Of a DNA stretch of 64,000 nt, positions 35,774 through 48,778 are shown in pieces. Source of the stretch: Macrostomum hystrix (taxonomy: Eukaryota > Animalia > Platyhelminthes); assembly GCA_950097015.1 (NCBI GenBank), contig CATNEN010000032.1:2604001-2668000 (forward strand). The letters are read 5' to 3'. The notes under the pieces are model-generated. The model did not search any database, had not been told where the DNA came from, and saw only the letters and a program-made list of their open reading frames with translations. The translations under genes and the position numbers were made by a program. Every line of letters starts with the position of its first letter. Position 1 is the stretch's first letter.

Positions 35774-37546
35774 TTGGCACCATTGCTCTAAGCTGGCTTC
35801 TTATGTCCCAATGTTTTCTTCCCTGCCTATAAGCCAAACCCAGTGAAACCAGTTAACTTTATCTTCTGTGCTCGATAAACCTGGTTTGTTCTGTAGACTT
35901 TCTAGACAATTTGGATAAACTGGATTAACTGCCCAGTCCTTCAGTTCCTCAGCTGTTAACTGCCCAAGTGCTTTTGAGTTATTTCTATAATCAATGATTG
36001 TCAACAGGCATGGACTAACTGGACCTTCTGGTTAGTTTTTTTCAAAATATAACGCAGCACAGCAGCATGCAATTCTTGAATGTAAGCATATCTTGTTTTT
36101 ACGCTTGTTGCTACCATTCAAATGCAAGTTTATGCTCCTAAAATGCACATTTACGTCAGTAATAAATTATTAAAACTAATATTCGCTAGTTCAAAGGACT
36201 CATTACTCATTTTCTGTCAACTGGCAGTAGATAGTGTTAACAGGCAGATTTAATGCCTATAATCTTTGAGAATCGTTTGACGGAAACTATTTGTTGTCAT
36301 TCTGTTATCCAGATAGTCATTTGCGCCACTTCTCAGTCTGTGCAACACCATTAACTAAGCTTGTCTCTGCTAGTTTTACGATTTAATGTAATCTTATTTA
36401 AGGACTCATTTTGCAAAGTATGCTCACCTTTGTTTTACCCTTGGTGTTACGTTCTATTGTATGTATTAGTTCAAGGTTTAATATCGATCCGACTTTGTGG
36501 AGCGCATTATGGATATAAAATATATGAGCGAAGATATTTTGAAACATCATGGGTGTGCATTTAACTCACTATCTTTTAGAAGTCATTCAGGGACAGATAT
36601 TTTGCTTTATTTTCTGCTTTTTAAAAATTTGAAACTTGCTTTAAGCGATGTCACTTATGAAGAAATGAGCTCTTCCAAAGCATGTACTGTTACTGCAGCC
36701 GAATTTGTTTATATCATATAAATGAAATTTACATTCTTCATATGTTCTGCCACTTAAAATTTTCTGAAATTTGTATAAAATCAAATACATTTTGATTTAT
36801 TTACACTTTACACATGTATCCAGTGTATCAACTGAATACGAAATAACAAATAGGTTTAAAAAATGCTACAAATTTCACCGTCAAAAATAGAAAGAAAAAA
36901 TAAACACATTTGTTGGCTGTAACTGTTTTAAAGCATTGATTAAAATACGGCTGATGAGAGCGTAGGCCAATTGTTAAAAATTCCGTGTTTTTTGGTTTTT
37001 GCAGTAAAACAAAGCTATTTAAGCTATAATTTTAAAGCTGATTGATACATAAGTTAAGACTAGAATTGTTACAAAAAGAGAGTTTTATTGCCTTTTGACT
37101 TGTTTTATTACCACCTAATGAATTAAATTCTTATTTGTTTAGAACTGTTTAAATCACTCTGCACCTCAATCGTGACGGCACATATTAACTTGCAATGTTA
37201 GGTTAATAAAAGCATTGCATTTCCTGTTTAGCTAAGAACCAACTGATAAACAATAATTTTGTTAATATGTGGTATTCAACCAAGAGGACATGTTTTCTTT
37301 GGTTGTGAGCTATGATTCCTATAAATATTCAATGTTTGAATTCCTGTCAGTGCTAACTAAAAAATAATTCTATGATGACTCTCAATTAACATTTTGTTAG
37401 GTTAAGAATTTTGTATTACTTCTGTTACTGTATTGTAAACTGTTTTGTATAATGTGTTGATCTAACATTTTTTAACCAATTAACCAACCAAAAGCTATTT
37501 ATAACATATTAATCTTTATGATCACTGTTAAGACAATATTTTATAG

Positions 37547-38781
37547 GGCAAATTTCTAGATTTTCTCACATGTTTATTTTCGCGCGTTTTTTTCTTTGGT
37601 TAGACACAGTAATACACATGTGTTACATCGTAATACATGGTGATCCAGTAGAGGATGGCCCCAAAGCTGTTGTCCAAGTAGAGGTGATGCCAGAGGTATT
37701 CCTCAATGGCAGTGCTTATCCCCACGGTACCGTAGAAAAAATTTTTGTCTTATTCCTATGGTACCGTGGGAATAATTTCCTGCTTATCTGCACGGCACAC
37801 TGACGAGATAGGCCTAGCTGTCCTATCTTCAACATATTCCGTGGGAATAATTTCCTGCTTATCCGCACGGCACACTGACGAGATAGCTGTCCTATCATCT
37901 ATCTTTTTATCATGACTGCAATTTTCCTTTTTTTCTCCCCGTTTTTAAAAGCAAGTAAACAAATTAAAGTTTTCTGCTTTTTTCGCAAGTAGTTACCCAA
38001 TACGGTGGCTTTTTTAAGTATATAAAATATATATTTCTATTATTTATATATTCAAAAGAATACAACTGAAGTGTGTATTTTTCTAATCTTATAGCTCAAG
38101 CCTTCTAAGTCTATAATCCATCTATTACTTTATTCTAGGCCAAGTTAAAATAGGTCCATAAAAAATGTCTGACAGTGCCAACGGAATATGTTGAAGATAG
38201 GACAGCTATCTCGTCAGTGTGCTGTGTGGATAAGCAGGAAATTATTCCCACAGTACCGTAGGAATAAGACAAATATTATTTCCATGGTACCGTGGGGATA
38301 AGCACTGCCTTCCTCAATATGGCTCTCGAATAACAAATCTCTTGAGTCTTGTGCCATGCATGTTGCGCAGGCACAAGAATGAGCCTCTATGAATAGAGTG
38401 CCGGTGCTGGCACTGACAGCAGTCCCAGGCATAGCTACTGACATAGTCAGGCATCTGCCGATGCTAGAGCCACATGTCAATGTTGCAATGCTTGCAGTTG
38501 GCCTGGTTAGCAATGAGATTGTATTTGGTGATCTATTTCATTGTTGTCATATTGTCTTAGCTCAACTCAACTCAAGTGGGCCCTAGTGAAATTGAGCAGC
38601 TTGTTGGAATTCAGAACTTCATTGGGTGGTAGAATAAAATTCAGGGCAGGTGGGCAGCCAGCCATGATGTAAGTCACTGAAATAAAAGAAATTACAGTGT
38701 AGATTATTTGAAACAGCAACAAGTATTCATAAAATGATATAAACAAAAAAATAAGTCCACAAGGAAATCTAGAAAATTGCC
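37547..38781 (-). mobile_element. Internally deleted Merlin (IS1016/ISXO2-like) DNA transposon remnant
   Basis: Imperfect ~20-bp TIRs GGCAA(A/T)TTTCTAGATTT and 8-bp flanks TTTTATAG/TTTTATGG. After removing the nested insert, the minus strand reads NLIANQANCKHCNIDMWL*...YAWDCCQCQHRHSIHRGSF (Zn-ribbon N-terminus) joined to LRNMHGT/SRDLLFESHIEEYLW...FGAILYWITMYY (ISXO2-like C-terminus). The DDE core is absent. Confidence 0.7.
37708..38309. mobile_element. Non-autonomous TIR element (MITE, 602 bp) nested in the Merlin remnant
   Basis: ~130-bp inverted arms (37708-37842 and 38181-38309) starting GGCAGTGCTTATCCCC; perfect 9-bp TSD TTCCTCAAT at 37699-37707 and 38310-38318. Superfamily MULE or Merlin. 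Confidence 0.85.
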
Positions 38782-41156
38782 TTTTATGGTCCATTTTCTC
38801 TGCTTAACTTAGGTAAAATGTGGCTTTTATTTGTGCATGCACACAAATAGTATAAAAATATGGTGTACACACAATTTGAAAAAAATGGCTAGAAGGCATT
38901 TACTAATAAAATGCAAAAATCTATCCACCAAGATAGCTATCATCAAAGCATACACATGCTTTCCTGACTTTGGAGCTTCATTATAGTCCAAGTCAGCTTT
39001 AATTTATTTGCAATGTGGTAGGGTTATCTGAGAATAATACTCCATGTTTTAGTATTAATATTACATTTAGTTTATCAACCAATTTTTAGAATGCCATTTT
39101 CATTAAAAAGTTTTGTTTCTTTGATGCTAGCAGCTATTTGTGTATAATAGCTAGATATGAAACTATGTTTCATAGTTTGGTAAACACTTTGTACCCCAGA
39201 AAAAATGATATACTTTTTGGTATACGCCAATATATAAATTATATAATATCTGACCCAAAGCTTTAAATTGCTTAGAAATTGCTGGTATCACTTATTAATC
39301 ATAGCTAAAACCTCTATATTTGTATAATATTTTATATTTTAAACAAGAGACATTTTTAAACAAAACAATTTTTTGTTTAACAACAACAAATTAAAAAACA
39401 TTTTTTAAAACAATTTTATAACAAATTTTAAACAAAAAGCTGTATTTTGCTTGAATCAAAGCTTTGGAACTTGCAAGAACACAGAAAAAATCCCTTAAAA
39501 TGTATATTGACAAATTTTACAACTATTGGGACTATTACATTATTAGCAAAACAAAATTTTTGTTCATTACACACAAAAATGTAAAAAATGTATCAATAGT
39601 GACCAATAGTTCCTTAGAGAATCACTTCTTGTATGCTAATTCCCAAATTCTTGAGTATACCCTTTAAATTTCTAGGATACATATTTTTTCTGGACTATGG
39701 TATATGTTGCGTATAGTGTAAATGTCTTAAATTTCATATTTTATAGCCTTATCAGAATTATCATATTGTTGATCCTGGTTTTAGAACCATATCATTTTTT
39801 CTGTGTATGAATTGTAAAACATGTGATTTTATATATAAAAATAGAAATTTTGTATTAGCAAATAAATACTCAATGATATATAATTCTATTGTTGCAAGTT
39901 TATTTTCCAAAAAAGAAAAGTTTTAGAAGGATGACCAGATATTAACTTTATATGGTCTTGGGCTGATTTTGGGATACCAAAATATCTAGTCCATTGAAAT
40001 CTAGAATAGTTCCCATTTTTGAGATGACAAAATTAAAGATATAACCACTTCTTCAGGTAAATAAAAAAGTGGTGAGATAATAATACAGTGACCTTTCTGC
40101 TTGTTTGCCATCAAATTCAAAAGACAAACTGTTTTCTGAAAGTGATGGCTACTAGCTTATTTAAGTATAGACCTATTAATTTTTTGTATTTTTTTCTTGA
40201 TTATTTAAATATTTAAAGCTTTGATTACTAAAATGTTACAAAATGACAACCCTTAGGACCACTAAAACATAGAATAAAGACTTTTTGACTAAGCTTTAGC
40301 TCATACCCATTTTTATTTTTTGGCTATCTCCTATTGGCTATATTCCAGTTTATGTTAAAATATGCATAATAATCTATTAACAAAGATTCAATAAAGAGTT
40401 TAATAAAAATAGTACTCAAAGCTATGCTAAAGATACTAACTGTAGTCTACTCTATAAAATCATATGCTATGATCATAAACTGTTATTGTAATTATTTTAT
40501 CTGAAAGGAAGCCAATATAAGAAATTTGTGTTTTTTATAACAGCAGTTTTTTATTTTAGTTTATTTTTTATTAATATGCAATTGAAACTATTTGGATTTG
40601 TAAATTATATGCATTATTGCTCACAAACCTCTTTACGTTGGCTCATCTTCTTTTAATCTTGATCAATGAATTTCTTATTGTAGGACCTTACTGATATATG
40701 CAGTATATTTTCAAGATAATTTTAAGCTAGGCACCTGCATAAGTAGTCATGAGTATAGAGAATAAAATATTCGATCAGTATCTCACGTGCAACAAAACAA
40801 GTGGAACATGAAACATTATTTGCTAGAAATTTCCCGAGAAACTTCTCATGCTCATGATGTGAGACATATTTAGCATTTAATGATTCTATGCAGTTTAGTT
40901 TTGCTATTACAAAGTTATATAAATGCTTTTAGTATAGGTATGATTGGTTTAAAGTGATTCGCCTCTTTTATCTTCAGCTGTCGCCTCTTAAAAAGCAATT
41001 GTGACAGTTTCTAACTTGGTCTTGGCGGTCAGCAGCAGCAAAAGCAGAAATTTTTAGCCGGCAAACAGCTGTAGAAATCGCATTGCTGTTAGCTTACAGC
41101 AATCAATCTGTTTTCAAAGCCATCAATTTAAGCCGTCGGCTTGGCGACTATTGCAG

Positions 41157-44100
41157 TAGCCAAGCGCTCAGCAGCCGCAGCAGCCCTGCTTGACTCAGAT
41201 GACGACTCTGCCCCGTCTGGCAAGAGATTCACGCCGACGATAGAGACTACAGAAGCTACAAAAAACGAAGCAGTGCTAGATAGCCAATCATTACTGACTA
41301 ATACGGACAACGGTGAGCAAGACTACAATAATACCGACAGCGATCATACCGATATGAGCCAGACAGTGGAACACAGCATACCCGATAGGCTAGTAGGCCT
41401 CATGATTGGCAAAGGCGGCGAGTCAATTAACCGACTGCAGGACGAGTCCGGGGCTAGGATTCAAATTAGCACTGAGAGCACCGGGCCGCAGCGACCTGTG
41501 ACCATCACCGGCACCCAGGAACAGGTGGATCGGGCGCGCCAACTAATGGACACTATAGTTTCCAACGCCGAGAGAAGCAGCGGCGACGGTGGCAGCGGCG
41601 GAGCATCGTCCCGAGACGGCGGTGGCGGTGGCGGAGGCGGCCAGCAGGACAGCGTTGTCCTGCAGATTCCAGCTCCCAAAGTTGGCCTGCTGATTGGCAA
41701 AGCTGGCGAAACTATAAAAAGTCTTCAGGATAAGGCCGGGGTCCGAATGCTGCTGGTGCAGGATAACACAACCGCCCCGCTGCCTGAAAAGCCCCTGAAG
41801 ATTACAGGTTTGTTATGTCGAATTCAGATTTTGCCATAAATTTAATACATTTTCTACTTTTATCCTTGATGTTTTTCTGCTTCACCGAAGATTATACCCA
41901 CTTGTAGATCCCCATTCTCTAAATCTCTTTCTCGATATCCCAATCTAATTGTAGATCCCAAACTTGACAACCTAATGAATAAATCTTCAATGTTAACTTA
42001 ATTACCCACCCGCAGGTCCGCCTGATCGTCTTAGCTACGCTCGCGAATTGGTAATGGAGCTGCTAAACTCTAAGGACGCCAGGGATTTTCCGCCGGGTCA
42101 ACGCGGTGGCGGCGGCGGTGGCGGTTTGGGTGGCGGCTTCGACTCCCGCGGCGGTGGAGGTAGGGGCGGCGGTGGTGGCGGCATGGGCGGTGGCATGGGC
42201 AGCATGGGAGGCGGCGGCGGCAGTTTCGGTAGCTTCGGCGACACCTACAACGAGGTGAAGGTGCCTCGCCGTTGCGTTGGCGTTGTCATTGGCAAGGGCG
42301 GCGATATGCTGCGCAAGATCAACCAGGAGACTGGCGCCAAGGTGCAGTTTAGGCAGGAGGGACCGGCTGATCGGGACCTGCCAGAGCGCATGCTGCAGGT
42401 TAGTTACTTCTGCTACTTGCTACTACTGCTAGTGGTACAATGTGCGAGATTCTTAAACTATGTCTCTGCTACTGTGAGTAGTGTAGTTACAATCTGCATC
42501 GCCTTCCTGTCTTTATTATTTCTAAAAACAGGTTTCCGGCAGCAACTCGGCAGTGCAGCAGGCCATCGAGCGAGTGCAACACCTGATCAATGCCGTACTG
42601 ACAGGAGAGATTCCTGTTACTGACAGGCCGCGCGGTCCTGAGAGCCGCACCGCCAACTACGCTGTGCCAGCCGAGAAGGCCGGCCTGGTCATTGGCAAAG
42701 GCGGCGAGACTGTTAAAGAGATTAATCGCATCTCTGGCGCTTATGTTGCCATCCAGCGCGACAATCCGCCGAACGGTACCACCAAGGTGTTTGACATTCA
42801 GGTCAGTATTGTTTATTGATTCATATTCTTAATCTTGGATTACAAAATCAAGGACTAAAATCCCATAATCAAGGATTCCATGATCCCATAATCAAAAATG
42901 CCATGATCCCATAATCAAGAATTCCGTGATCCCATAATCAATAATCCCATGATTCCATAAACAAGGATACCGTGATCCCATAATCAAGAATTCCATGATC
43001 CCATAATCAAGGATTCAATGATCCCATAATCAAGAATTCCATGATCCCATAATCAAAAATTCCATGATCCCATAATCAAGGATTCAATGATCCCATAATC
43101 AAGAATTCCATGATCCCATAAACAAGGATACCGTGATCCCATAATCAAGGATTCCATGATTCCATAATCTAGAATTCCGTGATCCCATAATCAAGAATTC
43201 TATGATCCCATAATCTAGACTTCCATGATCCCATAATCAAGGATTCTGTGATCCCATAATCATGAATTCCATTATCTCATAATCAAGAATTCCGTGATCC
43301 CATAATCAATAATCCCATGATTCAATAGACAAGGATTCCATGATCCCATTATCAAGAATTTCATAATCCGATAAATCTTACATTCAGGGCTCCCCTAGCC
43401 AAATTGCTGAAGCGATTCGTTTAATTTGCGAGAAGGCCGGACTGCCACAGCAGCAGCAGTCCGCCAGTTTCTATGGCAACGGTGGCGGCGCCGCAGGTGC
43501 GGGCGACTCGGCGCTTGGTCAGGACTCACTTCCGGCGCCGCAGTACAACAGCCAGACTGGCCAGCTGGACTACAGCATGGCCTGGGCCGAGTACTATCGC
43601 AGACAGGGTATGCACGATTATGCCGATGCCATTCTGAGACAGGCGGGCCAGCAGCAGCAGCAGCAGCCGCAGGTAGTTTAAATTTTCTCCGCATTATGGT
43701 TTTTACAACAGAGTTTATAACTAGCTACTACAAGTAAAATGATGGCGCAGCTAAACATGCGAAATAACAAACATTTCCATGTCTCCATCTGTGACCCTCC
43801 CCGCAGGAGCAGCAGTGGCAGCAGTGGCAGCAGTGGCAGGCCTGGCAGAACGGCGGCCAGGGTCAGCAGGCCGCGGTAGCCGCCGCCGGCGCCGCAGGAG
43901 CAGCCGGCGCACAGCAGCAGCAGCAGGGCGGCCAGGCTCAGCAGCAGCAGACGGCTGCAGCCTGGGCCGGCGGCAACTGGCAACAGGGCGGCGGAGGCGG
44001 CGCTAGCGGCGCTGGAGCCGGCAGCGCTGGCTGGGATCCGTCTGGCGATGTCGGCCAGCAGGCGGCCGCGGCCTGGGGCGGTCAGCAGCCGGACGGCGGG

Positions 44101-45706
44101 GCCCAGCAGCAGCAGAATTGGTGGTACGGCAACAGTAGCGGACGGTGAGGCTTTATTCTTATAAATCTGCGTTTTTAGGTTTAGGATTTTGATGTTCTGA
44201 ATTGCGGATTCCTTCATTCAGAATTTTGGAGTCCATCATTCGGAATTGTGGATTCCATCATTCGAAATTGTGGATTCCATCATTTAGAATTGTGGATTCC
44301 TTCATTCAGAATTTTGGATTCCATCATTCGGAATTGTGGATTCCATAATTTAGAAGTGTAGATTCCATCATTTAGAATTGTAGATTCCGTCATTTAGAAT
44401 TGTAGATTCCATCATTTAGAATTGTAGATTCCATCATTTAGAATTGTAGATTCCATCATTTAAAATTGTGGATTCCATCATTTAGAATTGTGGATTGCAT
44501 CATTTAAAATTGTAGATTCCATCATTTAGAATTGTAGATTCCATAATTTGGAATTGTAGATTCCATCATTTAGAATTGTGGATTCCATCATTTAGAATTG
44601 TAGATTCCATCATTTGGAATTTTGGATTCCATCATTTAGAATTGTAGATTCCATCATTTAGAATTGTGGATTCCATCATTTAGAATTGTAGATTCCATCA
44701 TTTAGAATTGTAGATTCCATCATTTAGAATTGTAGATTTCATCATTTGGAATTGTAGATTCCATCATTTAGAATTGTGGATTCCATCATTTAGAATTGTG
44801 GATTCCTTCATTCAGAATTTTGGATTCCATCATTCGGAATTGTAGATTCCATCATTTAGAATTGTAGATTCCATCATTTAGAATTGTAGATTCCATCATT
44901 TAAAATTGTGGATTTCATCATTTAAAATTGTGGATTCCATCATTTAGAATTGTAGATTCCATCATTTAGAATTGTAGATTCCATCATTTAAAATGGTGGA
45001 TTCCATCATTTAGAATTGTAGATTCCATCATTTAAAATTGTGGATTCCATCATTTAGAATTGTAGATTCCATCATTTAAAATGGTGGATTCCATCATTTA
45101 GAATTGTAGATTCCATCATTTAAAATTGTGGATTCCATCATTTAAAATTGTAGATTCCATCATTTAAAATTGGGGATTCCATCATTTAGAATTGTAGATT
45201 CCATCATTTAAAATTGTGGATGCCATCATTTAGAATTGTAGATTCCATCATTTAGAATTGTGGATTCCATCATTTAGAATTGTGGATTCCATCATTTAGA
45301 ATTGTGGATTCCATCATTTAGAATTGTGGATTCCATCATTTAGAATTGTAGATTCCATCATTTAGAATTGTAGATTCCATCATTTAAAATTGTGGATTCC
45401 ATCATTTAGAATTGTAGATTCCATCATTTAGAATTGTAGATTCCATCATTTAAAATTGTGGATTCCATCATTTGGAATAGTAGATTCCATCATTTAGAAT
45501 TGTGGATTCCATCATTTAGAATTGTAGATTCCATCATTTAAAATTGTGGATTCCATCAATCAGAATTGTTTATTCCATCATCGATCATCTGTCAACCATT
45601 TGTCAGGTAAATTGTCAGGCAAGCAACAATGGCTCAGACCGCTCCTGCTGCAACAAAATCTGATTTTCCTGCGCATGAAGCAACAACTGAAATGAGAGGC
45701 TTGTGA
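41157..45706 (+). CDS. FUBP1: Far upstream element-binding protein / PSI / KHSRP family (4 KH domains + DUF1897 motif)
   Basis: Exons ~41157-41807, 42016-42398, 42532-42801, 43388-43672, 43807-44144 (or stop at 44148) and optional 45619-45706. Four KH loops (GLMIGKGGE, GLLIGKAGE, GVVIGKGGD, GLVIGKGGE) and DYSMAWAEYYRRQG. The 5' end is unresolved (first in-frame ATG 41354). Co-orthologue of FUBP1/KHSRP/FUBP3. Confidence 0.92.
42855..43370. repeat. 23-bp minisatellite (GATCCCATAATCAAGAATTCCAT), ~22 copies, filling a FUBP intron
   Basis: Direct reading. Confidence 0.9.
44190..45580. repeat. 22-bp minisatellite (GATTCCATCATTTAGAATTGTA), ~63 copies, filling the last FUBP intron
   Basis: Direct reading. 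Confidence 0.95.
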
Positions 45707-47148
45707 ACTGAATCATTGATTGGCGTGCTGGGTGTCACCGGTTCTATTTTTTAGTCGATTTTGCGATCCCTTTTAATTAATAACAAAACTCCATCTGCGC
45801 TCGTGTTTGCTCTAGAATCGCCACTATTGCTGTTCTCACTGTCTAACAAGAAAAACAGGCTTTTTTGTTTGAATTTTAACATCAACAACAACAGATCAGT
45901 TGGCAGTCTGTGCCTCCCTCGCAGCGCTAACAAAAAATGTTTTATTGTATTGCCGTATCCGTTCTCTCTGTTTTTTTTCTTATAAGCTAATAAAATTTCC
46001 ATTATAGTTCTATATAACGTGTTTGCGCGTGTTTGTTGTTAATTTGTCTGTTGTACTGATCCCCCATCCCTCACTGTAGGGCTCAGCAGTTTTTGTTACT
46101 ATCTTGCGAATTTGTCTATTTACTTTGTGTGCGTCTGTCCGTGTCCGCCGGGTCGATTATTTTGTCTCTTTAGTTTGTCTTTTTGTTTCCTTTTTAGCCT
46201 TTCCCTTCGTATCCTCTCTCTATATATATGTCTAGTTGCGTTGCGTACTAGTTAACGTAGTAGTAGTAGTAAATTTGCATGCACATTCGCACGCAGGACA
46301 CAGGTGAAATCTGATTTATTTGAAATAATTCAATGAATAATTAATTAATATTATCTGTTTCCTAAGCCTGGTGTTTTAAATAACTATTGATTGTAGGAGC
46401 ATTATTTATTGACACAAACTATTAACCTAACCAATAAACGCTTATACCCCATACGCATATTTTTATTTGCTTATTTTATACTACTATTATCCCAGCTCAC
46501 CCACTAAGCTAATCTATTGCTATTCTGTATCCGTTTCAAATATGGCACTTTTTTAATTAAGCGTCGATTGTTTCTTAATTGCCTGCCTGCTTGCTTGCTT
46601 GCTGGACTGTTTGTTTGTTTGTTTATTTGTTTGTTTGTTTATCTATCTCTATCTGATGCGTATTTTAACAATATGGAGCAAATTTCACGCATACACACAG
46701 AGAGAGCATCAAAACAGAATGCGGTGTGTTCTCAATTTGAGCACAACCAATTCCAACTGACGTTTAACAGGCGACAAGAAGAGCCATGTGCAGACAGTTA
46801 AATCAATAAAATGATCAGCTTAATAAAACAATGTTTTCTGTTTGTTATAATTCAGCTAGCATTTCTTTATTATTGTTATTTTTCACTTCTCTTGTGTGTT
46901 TTTATCAAATTCTGTGTCATGATGATTGATCTATTACATATATGAGCGACTAGAGCTAAGCTAATGCCTCCCCAAACTGGCTACTGAAAGTAATATTGTG
47001 TGTCTAGCTATTGCCTGTCAATATTGTAAGCCTGTATTTTTGCTCTCTATAAAGTAAATCTGTCACGAACGGTGTTGAAGCAGAGGCAGCAGCAGCAGCA
47101 GCAGCAGAGGCTTTGGGCAGAGTTTCCGGTTTTTGTTTCAATTAACTT

Positions 47149-48656
47149 TCCTTCAGCGTCTGTTTCCGGTATTCTGCAATAAATTCGATTATTTAATGAT
47201 GAATCAGGATTTCTCTTAGCCACCCACCCTCCCTTCAATTTTTCTTCACTTGCTGATTCTTAGAGCTGCGGTCTGCAGAGTTGAGGCAAAACTTGCTTAA
47301 CGATTTCGTTTCTTTTATATAATATCCTTGTGCGTTTGCTTCTGTCTCTCGGCTTTTTTTTATTTTTTGGTCATATTTTTACATCTGTTTTTGTCTGCCG
47401 GCCTCTTTACCTGTTTGCGCTCGTGTTTAGCTATCACTGTCTGCGTCTCTCCTTTGCTAATTGCTTGTTCGCGTGCCGTTGGCAAAAGGCATCCAGTCTT
47501 GGTAGATGAGACATTTTAAACAAACAAATTACTAAATAAATACTAAACAATTAGGGAAGGCGACCAAAACTGTTGGCTGATTTCATATGATGGAGAAAGT
47601 AAATAAAATCTTATAATAATTGCTGCAAATTAATGGCTCCATGTGTTATGATTAACCTGCTCATGGCGACAATTTTCAGGCTTTTAATTTCTTTAAAACG
47701 AATTTATTTGGGCCCGAATGTGCGCTGCCCACAAACTGCACAAATATCCCAATCTCCGCTGCCCACAAACTGCACAAATAACCCAATCTGCGCTGCCCAC
47801 AAACTGCACAAATAACCCAATCTGCGCTGCCCACAAACTGCACAAATAACCCAATCTGCGCTGCCCACAAACTGCACAAATAACCCAATCTACGCTGCCA
47901 GCAAACTGCACAAATAACCCAATCTGCGCTGATCACAAACTGCACAAATAACCCAATCTGCGCTGCCCACAAACTGCACAAATAACCCAATCTGCGCTGC
48001 CCACAAACTGCACAAATAACCCAATCTGCGCTGCCCACAAACTGCACAAATAACCCAATCTGCGCTGCCCACAAACTGCACAAATAACCCAATCTACGCT
48101 GCCAGCAAACTGCACAAATAACCCAATCTGCGCTGATCACAAACTGCGAAAATAACCCAATCTGCGCTGCCCACAAACTGCACAAATAACACAATCTGCG
48201 CTGCCCACAAACTGCACAAATAACCCAATCTGCGCTGATCACAAACTGCACAAATAACCCAATCTGCGCTGCCCACAAACTGCACAAATAACCCAATCTG
48301 CGCTGCCCACAAACTGCACAAATAACACAATCTGCGCTGCCCACAAACTGCACAAATATCCCAATCTGCGCTGCCCACAAACTGCACAAATAACCCAATC
48401 TGCGCTAATCACAAACTTAATCCTTCGGCGTCTGTTTCCGGTATTCTGCAATAAATTCGATTATTTAATGATGAATCAGGATTTCTCTTAGCCACCCACC
48501 CTCCCTTCAATTTTTCTTCACTTGCTGATTCTTAGAGCTGCGGTCTGCAGAGTTGAGGCAAAACTTGCTTAACGATTTCGTTTCTTTTATATAATATCCT
48601 TGTGCGTTTGCTTCTGTCTCTCGGCTTTTTTTAATTTTTTGGTCATATTTTTACAT
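47149..48656. repeat. 236-bp direct repeat pair (47149-47384 and 48421-48656)
   Basis: Near-identical blocks from TCCTTC(A/G)GCGTCTG to CATATTTTTACAT. Confidence 0.9.
47716..48415. repeat. 34-bp minisatellite (CTGCGCTGCCCACAAACTGCACAAATAACCCAAT), ~20 copies
   Basis: Direct reading. Confidence 0.95.
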
Positions 48657-48778
48657 GCGGCGCGAAGGCTGTCAGAGCATTTCATCAGTGCTTTCTCCAT
48701 CCGGCGCTGGCGGCGAGAAGGCTCGCTAGAAGCAGCACAAGTAGAGCCTTATTCATCATTGTTTTAGTAGGCCAGACG

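Noticed and set aside
47149-48656. TRIM/LTR element formed by the 236-bp direct repeats
   Set aside because: No matching TG...CA boundaries at the homology limits, no PBS, PPT or TSD.
48682-48760. Selenoprotein (signal-like peptide followed by TGA TGA)
   Set aside because: No redox motif context, short read-through and no SECIS recognised.
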